In this document: in pieces, positions 55,311 to 64,000 of the stretch
How positions within the stretch are numbered: position 1 is the first letter of the stretch
Layout of the letters: each line of letters starts with the position of its first letter
Assembly (NCBI GenBank): GCA_965153285.1
Contig: OZ229114.1
DNA: 64,000 nt
Source: Podarcis tiliguerta
Taxonomy: Eukaryota
Strand: one strand, 5' to 3'
Position numbers and translations under genes: made by a program
The notes under the pieces: generated by a model
What the model saw: the letters and a program-made list of their open reading frames with translations, nothing else
Database searches by the model: none
What the model was told of the DNA's origin: nothing

Positions 55311-57131
55311 AGATAGTGATATAGCTATATATCTATATAAAGAGAGAGATATAACATGATGAAATCTAAAACAAATGAGCATGAACAAAACAAGCCCAAA
55401 TAGCAGAGGAAACCATAAAGCAGGAGTGAATAAAACTAGACGAACTAGGAGTGGAGTAGGAACCCTGATGATTTTTAAAAAAAGTGTTAACCTGTAATCT
55501 AAACAATAATTGTGCAAAGAAGGACTCCATAAATCTGCTTGGGAGGGTGCCAACACTGAGGTCTCTCTCCCCAGCTGCTGTACCTCTAATGGCAAGGGCA
55601 CCCAGAGAAAGTCCCATGCAGCCAATATTAAAATCACGTATTATCCAGCACCCTGGTCCCAGGCTATTTACAGCTTTAAATGTCAACACCCTCATGACAG
55701 GGAATTGTGCCTGGAATTTTCCTGGTAGCCAGTGCTGAACTTTTAAAATGGGCAAGGTATGTTCATAGGAACATGTTCCAGGCATCAGTCTAGCTCTTGA
55801 AGTGTGCCTCCGGGGGTAAAGTCAAACCACTGGAGAATCACAGCGCCTGCTGCGGCTGCAGAGACTGGTAACTCGTAACTGCTTCCTCCTAGCTGCTGTA
55901 ATTTGAGCCTATTGAAGATTTGATGAAGTCTTCAAAGACAGCCCCACATCGAGCACATGACAGTAGTCTAACCAGGATGTCAGTGGAGCTGCAGTCTGGT
56001 GATCTAAGAGTGGGCTTGGCCACAAAGTCAAGAAGGTGGTAAGTAGCCAACCAAATGAAGACTCCTGTCTCACAGCTATAACTACAGTTGAGTTACAGAA
56101 GCTTTCTACTCTTGCCTGGCAAGCCATGTCCAAACCCCCAGGAGAAGAAAATCATGCTGGGCAGCATTACTGACTTCTTCCTGGCAGGGCTCCCGTGCCT
56201 TTAGCAGCTGCATTTCAGACCGAAATCCAACAGGTAAGACTATAAAAGCAGGGATGGGGAACTGTCAGCAACATAGTAACTACACTTGGAAAAGGGCAGT
56301 CACTGTAATTGGATAGGTGGTAAACCAAGACCTTTTAGGAAAGAATGCCTGGGCAGGTGGAATCTGGGAAGTATGGCAGCCGGTTACTGGTAGGGTATCC
56401 ATGCAAAGTTGTCCTCTGCTAGTGAAGACTAGGATAGCATCATTGGGGGGAGGGGAAGGAAAAATACGCCAAAAATGCAGGTCCCCCCCCCCCATCTCCT
56501 GCAGAGCAGCGGATGAAGGCCAAAGTTCGTGCGGGCAGCCATGTGTGTCTTTGAAGAAATAGCATAGTTGACAATTCAGCTGTGTACCCCTTTCCTATTT
56601 ACTGGAAAAGGTCCCGGCGGATGAAACAAGTAAATGGAAGGCTTGGTTTTGCTCTGTTAAATTGTCACCACTGGAGAAGTAGCAGTGCTAGCTCTGAAGG
56701 ACCTTTCAGCACAGTATGTGCATCCAGCGCACACACACCCTCCAGCTGGCTGGGAATAACTGTGCCTACAATACAGTGAAACCACTTGCTTATCCATTTT
56801 TCCTGCAAAACGTTCTGTGCCTTTATCAGCTTCAGGGCAGAAGGTCTAGCAAGACACGTTGCATTTCTGTGTATCAGATAGCTCTTAAAGGCATTGAGAT
56901 TTTTTTTGTTTCTCTTTTCAGAGTAATAGAGAAGGTGGCCCTAGTTCACTGTGAACCTGCCTTCCAGGATACAACAAGACCCCCACAAATCTGTTTGGAG
57001 AGGATATTCCAAGAATGGGGTCCTTATCCCTAGCTACCTTACCATTGAATGAAGAGCAATTCCTCTCAAAGAGCTACACTTTGCAGAGCTCCCCCATGAA
57101 GAGGGATTTGTCTTAAAACATTCTGGAAATA

Positions 57132-57346
57132 CAGTGGTACCTCGGGTTAAGAACATAATTTGTTCTGGAGGTCCGTTCTTAACCTGAAACTATTCTTAAC
57201 CTGAGGTACCACTTTAGCTAATGAGACCTTTCACTGCCGCCACACGATTTCTGTTCTCATCCTGAAGCAAAGTTCTTAACCCGAGGTACTATTTCTGGGT
57301 TAGTGGAGTCTGTAACCTGAAGCGTCTGTAACCCGAGGTACCACTG
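57132..57346. mobile_element. Same MITE family, copy 3 (HOGA1 intron 1)
   Basis: Same TIRs and body; TA TSD. Confidence 0.8.
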
Positions 57347-57917
57347 TAGTAGCTCTGGGAGGAGAACAGGGGTCTCCTAAGTACTCTTAGGAAGACCTGC
57401 ACAGCCATTGGGTAGGGTGAGGTCACTGCCTCAGGCGGTGAAAGCCCCGAGGCAGCATCTTTGTGGGTCTGTCCCACCACCATCCGTCAGTGAAGTGGCA
57501 CCAACACCAGGAGATTGCACAGATTTCAGGCAAGATCTCGCTGAAATTGTGTGAGATCTCATACAATTTTTGCCAGATCTTGCTGGAAATTGGCACGGCT
57601 TTGCCCAAAATCGGTGCCAGTGGGGTAGGGCAGCATGTCTCCTTTCGCCCCAAATGACTAAACGGGAGGCGCTGCCCGTCACTCACTGCACCTCTAGCCA
57701 ACGACAGCTCTCAGGATTATTTGGGGGGAACGATGACTGTTCCAAGTGGCATCATAGCGCTTTAAATGAATGGTGTGGATGTGTAGCCAACAGCGTTGCC
57801 AACGCCCCCGGAACCCCACAGGAACAAACTGCGACCCACATCCGTCTCCAGAAAGTACAAAGTGGCTGCACCATCCGCCCTTTCCACTCTGTGCTCTGCC
57901 CCGCCTGGCGACCCTAC

Positions 57918-58173
57918 CTCGGAAGGGAATCTCGGAGTAGAGGCGCAGGTTCTCCTCCAGCCGGCTGTAATCTACCTCTCCCTGCGAGGTGAATGGGGTG
58001 GCCAGGGGCGGGTAGATGCCCCGCAGGTCTAGGCGTCGGGGGGGTGTTGCTGCCGAGGCCCCCGCGGCAAACCTCCTGGGCGCGCTGCCCGCCCCAATCC
58101 CCGCGGGGCGCAGGCCAGGGCCTTTCTGCCACTGCAGGCGCAGGAACCGCGCAGCTACAGCCACCCGCACCAT
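57918..58173 (-). CDS. HOGA1: Mitochondrial 4-hydroxy-2-oxoglutarate aldolase, exon 1
   Basis: Arg/Ala-rich presequence, then LRGIYPPLATPF (DHDPS/NAL fold); G|gtaggg donor; start ATG inferred. Confidence 0.9.
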
Positions 58174-58179
58174 GGCCCT

Positions 58180-58360
58180 CTCGCGGCGTAGCGCTGCGCC
58201 CTGTGGGATCTGCACAACGCTTGATCCGGGGCGGGGAGAGTTGGCGAAGTCCGCCCCGTCAGCGTGGGGTGGGAGTCCAAGCAGATCGGCCTCGCCGCAC
58301 CATGACACCCTTATCAAACTCGAAGAGAGGAGTGGAAGCGGCTTCGTCAGCTGGATCCTG
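58180..58360 (-). promoter_or_regulatory. HOGA1 GC-box promoter
   Basis: CpG-rich; GGGGCGGGG near 58228, CCGCCCC near 58251, CGTCA half-sites. Confidence 0.55.
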
Positions 58361-59796
58361 ATAGGAAGCCAAGTCGTATGCCCTGTTCCCAAACTTTGCA
58401 GGTGCAGACAGTATGGAGAGTGGAATTGTTCATGACTGCCCCATGCCACCCTGAGCATAAATGCATAATAAAAGGATGTTTGGAGGGGCTCCAAATCCCC
58501 CCCCCCGCCCATCTGCTTTTCTTTCAGCTAGCAAGGGTGAAGGATGGGGGGGCGGGGCTGTGGGTTTGTTGGGAATTCTGGTTTTGGTAATTGATCCATC
58601 TGTTTGAACGTTTTAGATTCCAAGCCTAAAAATACTTATTAGAGAGAAAGCCTCATTATACACTCTAAGACTTCTGAGTAGACATGCATAGGACCATGTC
58701 GTTAATGCGCTGTTTCAGCTTTATGAAATGTGGTGTTATATCTATTATGTATGTGTGTGGAACATACTTTAGAAGAGTTTGTTGTCCTAATATTAGGAAC
58801 CAGGAATTTCTATCCCTTGAACAGCAGATCTTATCTCCATTTGCTGAGCCAGTTTGGCATTAGTTGCCCTGTTCACCCCAGATCCCCTGGAAGTTGGTAT
58901 TTAATGTGCCACATGTTTGTATTGCATGTGTGACAGGTAGAGGAGATGGGGTTTGGGGCAGATATATTATTGCCAGCTACTGTAGTTAGCGAGTAGATAC
59001 ACAGGAAGGAGGTTCTGGGTATAGACAATGAAAGACTCTGCAAAGATCAGCATGCAGATGGTTATCTGAGCCTGCCGGGCCTCCACTGATTCTTTCACCA
59101 TTCCTTCCTTGCTTTTGATTTGCAGCCAGTTGTCATCTCCAATCATTCAATCACAGCAGCTCAGATCAGGCCCACGCTGAGGTTTTTGCTGCTGCTCAGG
59201 CTCCGAGCCTTACCCACTACTTGAGGAAAGATGCACGGTTTCATTAGAATCCCTAGGAGATGCTTTGAATCTTGACTTCCACATATGCCCACCCCCATGC
59301 AACAGAGTGCAAACAGTTTTGGACTGTAGCATCTCATGGGCAAAATTGCCATCGTGCACCTATCTGAATAATATGGAGCTGGGTCAAATAGGCATTGTGG
59401 ATAGCTCAGCTCAGTTGGACCTAGTGGATATAAAATTAGCACTTGTTTACCTAAGAAAGTCCCTGCTCCTGTAACAGCTGTGGGGCTGGCAAAAATGTCA
59501 CACATGAGGCTGATAGGAGCAAAGACTTGCTGAATGCCTGCCCATTATGCACTTCTAAAGGAATGGGTCACCTTCATCCCTCCAGAAGTTGTTGAACTCC
59601 ACTTCCCATAGTTATGCTGGCTGGGGCTGATGGGCAGAGCCACAGGTTAGTCAACTCCTGCTTCACAGCAACCCAAAGAGGACATCAGATTCCCGTAGGT
59701 TTTTCGTTTGCTTGGTTCTTTATTGAGTGTTAATGGCACAGCCTCTCCCAAGTCCAGAACTGTCCTTGCTTGGACTTCCATCTTTTGTTCATTTCC

Positions 59797-59895
59797 TCAT
59801 GCTGGCAACTCTGTTGCCTCGGGCTCTCGCTTCTCCAGCACTTCCCGCGTGTCTGCCTGCCACAGCTGCACCAGGTCGGTGGGTGTCTTCCCAGC
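59797..59895 (-). CDS. ANKRD2: ANKRD2 last exon (AGKTPTDLVQLWQADTREVLEKREPEATELPA*)
   Basis: ccacag| acceptor; TGA stop; minus-strand AATAAA at 59724-59719. Confidence 0.92.
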   Translation of the reverse strand, partial: AGKTPTDLVQLWQADTREVLEKREPEATELPA

Positions 59896-60356
59896 CTGTG
59901 GAAAGACCAGCATCCTTGGGTTACAAAACTGCAGCTTCTAACCAACAGACTGCAAAAAAAACTGACACAGGCAGCACCTGAAATTAAGAAAGCCTGCTTC
60001 TGGGGTCTCCTCCAGACAGATTTTTATTTTATTTTTATTTTTTTGCAAATGTAGTCTGAAACATGTCATTGATACAATAATAGTGCCTTAGTGGTGGATT
60101 TATTCTGAAGCATCCACATCATTCCACTTTATCACTGTAGTTGTTTTGCAATGCTTCCACAATGATATCACTTTGCCACTGGGAGGGCACCCTTGCACTA
60201 TAGCACAACAAAAGCAGGGGGAAGCCCTAAACCAAGAGCATCTGGGGTATGGCAGGAGACCATGAGACATGCACCAACTGGAAACAAAGCCATATGACTG
60301 TCCCAAAACTTCTGCAGGCAAAAGCAGAATTGAAAGTGACATCAAAGAGCACAAAC

Positions 60357-60492
60357 CAGGCATAGGCAAACTTGGCCCTCCAGATGTTTTGGGACTACAA
60401 CTCCCATCATCCCTGACCACTGGTCCTGTTAGCTAGGGATGGTGGGAGTTGTAGTCCCAAAACATCTGGAGGGCTGAGTTTGCCTATGCCAG
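60357..60492. mobile_element. Palindromic MITE (GACTACAACTCCCATCATCCCT family); decayed relatives near 11160, 19910, 20980, 23040, 29780, 31000, 53460 and 59570
   Basis: Near-perfect 136-nt inverted repeat; CACAAAC on both flanks. Confidence 0.75.
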
Positions 60493-60536
60493 GACACAAA
60501 CCATGATGAATCAAAACGACATATTGGGAAGCAGAT

Positions 60537-60889
60537 GTAAAGGTAAAGGGACCCCTGACCATTAGGTCCAGTCGTGGCCAACTCTGGGGTTGCGGCGCTC
60601 ATCTCGCTTTATTGGCTGAGGGAGCCGGCGTACAGCTTCCGGGTCATGTGGCTAGCATGACCAAGCTGCTTCTGGCGAACCAGAGCAGCACACGGAAACA
60701 CTGTTTACCTTCCCACCGGAACGATACCTATTTATCTACTTGCACTTTGACATGCTTTTGAACTGATAGGTTGGCAGGAGCAGGGACTGAACAATGGGAG
60801 CTCACCCCGTCGCGGGGATTCGAACCGCTGACCTTCTGATCGGCAAGCCCTAAGCTCTGTGGTTTAACCCACAGCTCCACCCATGTCCC
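60537..60889 (-). mobile_element. Full-length Sauria-type SINE, second copy
   Basis: Reverse complement of the 36105 copy; TSD GAAGCAGRTGTA at 60528-60539 and 60894-60905. Confidence 0.88.
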
Positions 60890-60919
60890 TTAAGAAGCAG
60901 GTGTACTTTGCATTAAATT

Positions 60920-61060
60920 AAAAAAAAAAATTAAAAATTGTCCAGTAGCACCTTAGAGATCAGAACAAACTTAGTTGGTCTCTAAGGTGCTACTGGACAA
61001 TTTTTTAATTTTTTTATTTCCATTGACTATATCAGTCCAACACGGCTACCTACCTGAATC
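60920..61060. mobile_element. Penelope-like element remnant with inverted end
   Basis: Perfect inverted repeat 60936-60959 / 60979-61002; family assignment from recall. Confidence 0.55.
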
Positions 61061-61112
61061 TAGTACTTTGCACTGTTATTCCATGCATAAGCCACAAGGG
61101 GGCAACACTCAC

Positions 61113-61211
61113 CAGGTTTTTGGCCATCATGTCTGCCCCATGCAGAATCAGCATCTTAATGATCTTGTAGCGATTGAGGCGCACAGCATCGTGCAGGGCA
61201 CTGTCTCCCTC
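61113..61211 (-). CDS. ANKRD2: ANKRD2 exon (EGDSALHDAVRLNRYKIIKMLILHGADMMAKNL)
   Basis: 99 nt; AG/GT borders. Confidence 0.93.
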
Positions 61212-61963
61212 CTGCAACAGACATGGCAGCACCATTATGCATAAGGCAAGGACAGGCAGCCACCAGAACACTTATGCTCACTGCTCATAAGACTAGCAGA
61301 AATTGTTGGTTTATCCGCCTGCTCTTCCAGTTCAGATCGATCAAGTGCTTCGAAACAAGAGTCTGGGTGCACTGAGTATAGATAGCTTTGTGGGCAGAGA
61401 TCAGTTGGTGAGCTAAAGAGAGAAGAGCATGGCAAATACTGTACCATGAAAGACTTAAGCCAGCTGAACATAAAGCCTTTCTGCGTGCCATCGACAGAGT
61501 AGGCTGCAATTTCCCCATTCTAATGGATGGAACTCTGGGGATTAGGGAATATCCATGGATGATCTCTCAGTTTGTGCTTCCCCAGCTAAAAATTACTAGA
61601 GAGGTAAAGAACCGCTGGTATACAGGGCAGCTCAGCCTTCAATGAAAAGAAGAGAAACTAGGACTTAGGAATTGAAGACAGTAAGGAGGGGGATATTATT
61701 GACATTATTAATATACCACCTTTTAAAACTTGATCTTTTCTTTTACCTTTTTTGTTTTGTGTGCATGCATGCACCTCCCTATAGAAAGGACTTTGTGTAT
61801 CCATGTATTGTGCATTATATTTATAATCTGCCCTTCCACAGATTGGTGTGATTCCTACACAAACCTGTGTGTGTGTACAATTACTGCCTAGACTCGGATT
61901 AAGTTACTGGAATTAGATGAGCAGGGTGCACTGCAATAAGCAACCACACAATGTGCCTCTTAC

Positions 61964-62062
61964 CCGGTCACGGGAATTGACATCCACCCCATTGTTTATC
62001 AGGTGCTCCACAATCTCCGCCATGCCAGTACGGGTGGCCACATGCAGTGGGGTGCTGAGAAG
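61964..62062 (-). CDS. ANKRD2: ANKRD2 exon ([33 protein letters not shown])
   Basis: 99 nt; AG/GT borders. Confidence 0.93.
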
Positions 62063-62364
62063 CTGGATTTGGGCAGGTTGTGAAGACAGGAGCGAGAAAG
62101 GGGAAACATGATTTCATGTTAGTGCTCCTGCTTTCTTCACATGCTTCATCATGTTCTTATTGGAAGGACCTTGCATTGCTCCAGAACAGAACCACCTTCC
62201 TGTTAACCCAGAATCGCTGCAAGATCCCACAGTCCCTTAAAACCTCCTTCTTTCCACTCCTCCCGTGCAAATCTCCTCCCCCCACCATTGTCTGCTTGCC
62301 GAATTCCTCCCACAGTGCTGTTCTCCCACCATGAACCAAATCCTGGACTCCCCACCTTCCTCAC

Positions 62365-62463
62365 CTTGTCCTTGACATTGAGATTGGATCCTTTCTCCTG
62401 CAGCAGCTTCACCACGTCCAGATGTCCTCCTCGGCAGGCCCAGTGCATGGCTGTGGAGTCCAG
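62365..62463 (-). CDS. ANKRD2: ANKRD2 exon ([33 protein letters not shown])
   Basis: 99 nt; AG/GT borders. Confidence 0.93.
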
Positions 62464-63451
62464 CTGTTGGCAAGCAGGACACATCCATCAGAAGAGGAGA
62501 ACCTTTCCCTCCTGCACCTGTGTTCACCCCCTTCCTTCCCAGCCCCAAACCCTTTTGAGGTTCATGCAACTGCATCTCCTAGCGTTACTTAAAATAACAA
62601 AGCTGTAGTGGTCACGTAGGATTGCTATGAGGAATTATGAAAAATGAAGCAAGCCGTTGTGTCAGCGGCAAAAGCATCGCTTTGACTGGGTTTGGGTCAT
62701 CAACATGATTTCTGATCAATCCCACAAACCTCTGAATCTCTGCCCCATTTTCTCTATGCGTGACAGTCACGTGGAAAGCATTCTGCACAGACCAGTTGCT
62801 TACCAGGCATCCTGGGTACATAAAAATAAGGAGGTAGCTTTGAAGGAGGTATCTTTTGTTAATATTTAGGTAGATCTTAGGGCCAGGAACAGAGTTCACA
62901 TGGAGGTGGTAAAATGCCTGTATTTCCTTTTACTGTGGGTTATTACCTCAGGGGTTTGCTAAATGCATTCCTCCTTGGTTCCTGTTTATTTAGCCTAAAC
63001 ATGTATGCATGCTCAAACAGTAAATCATTCTTTGTAGCTAAGAGGCTTCCTCTGATCTGACTTTGTCCCCATGTAGGGATTTTTTGAAATACTCAGAGGA
63101 AATCTGATTGGTTCTTACAAACACTGTGTTAAAGTTCTTTTGTGAATAAAAACAACCTGGGCCAGGGAGTGGGATGCACACTTTCTCCCAGGGTCTTGCT
63201 GGTCAAGCCTCGTGTCTATTGTATTAATCAGGGTCCAGTCCTTCCTTTGCTTTCAGAATGCAACACAATGCCAGTCTTTTTTTTTTTTTTACCTGGAGCA
63301 CCCAGTAAATGCTACCCCTGTACCAGAGAGAGGAAACTGACAGTAGTGGCTTATAAGAAGCACATATGAGCATAGATGGAGATAGCAGGGTAGTGATGGT
63401 GGGGAATGAGCGGGCATAGATACAGAATGATGCAATGAAGGGTTATCTTAC

Positions 63452-63550
63452 TCGATCTCTGAAGTCGACAGTGGCTCCATGGGCCAAAAGCTTCTCTGCA
63501 ATCTCCACGTACCCCTCAAGTGAGGCACGGTGCAATGCTGTCCTGCGGAA
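63452..63550 (-). CDS. ANKRD2: Ankyrin repeat domain 2, internal exon (FRRTALHRASLEGYVEIAEKLLAHGATVDFRDR); earlier exons lie beyond the right edge
   Basis: 99-nt phase-0 ankyrin exon; synteny with HOGA1 favours ANKRD2 over ANKRD1/ANKRD23. Confidence 0.92.
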
Positions 63551-63599
63551 CTAAGTGAAGGACAGAATTAGGGCTTCTTCACATGACATAGCGATTGAG

Positions 63600-63995
63600 T
63601 AGTGTTGGTGCTGACCTTTAAAGCCCTAAACGGCCTCGGTCCTGTATACCTGAAGGAGCGTCTCCTCCTCCAACATCCAGCCCAGACACAGAGGTCCAGC
63701 ATTGAAGGCCTTCTGGCAGTTCCCTCACTGCGAGAAGTGAGGTTATAGGGAACCAGGCAGAGGGCCGTCTCGGTAGTGGCACCTGCCCTGTGGAACACCC
63801 TCTCAGCAGATGTCAAGGCAATAAACAACTATTTTACTTTTAAAAGACAGCTGAAGGCGGCCCTGTTTAGGGAAGTTTTTAATGTCTGACGCTGTATTGT
63901 TTTTAATATTCGGTTGGAAGCCGCCCAGAGTAGCTGGGGAAACCCAGCCAGATGGGCAGGGTATAAATAATAAATTATTATAATATTATTATTAT
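63600..63995 (+). mobile_element. L2-like LINE 3' fragment (older relatives near 1-175, 43360-43760, 55510-55720 and 55900-56000)
   Basis: Reads VLVLTFKALNGLGPVYLKERL; ends in an AT-rich (TAT)n tail. Confidence 0.7.
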
Positions 63996-64000
63996 CCTGA

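Overview
Vertebrate genomic DNA, most likely a squamate reptile; the SINE and MITE content points to a lacertid lizard (inference). It is a compact copy of the gene block I recall from human 10q24, in reverse orientation: ZFYVE27 (-, 5' part, runs off the left edge), MARVELD1 (-), AVPI1 (+), PI4K2A (-, 9 coding exons, 482 aa), MORN4 (+, 146 aa), HOGA1 (-, 7 exons, 342 aa) and ANKRD2 (-, last five exons, begins beyond the right edge). I placed exons by hand from translation, GT-AG sites and phase continuity; all complete genes give intact frames. Non-coding DNA holds GC-rich promoters, SINEs, CR1/L2-like fragments, several MITE families, a probable solo LTR and a Penelope-like hairpin. I did not find a new biological system. 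The findings are modest leads on regulation, RNA processing and transposons. Orthology and repeat family names come from recall, not database searches.
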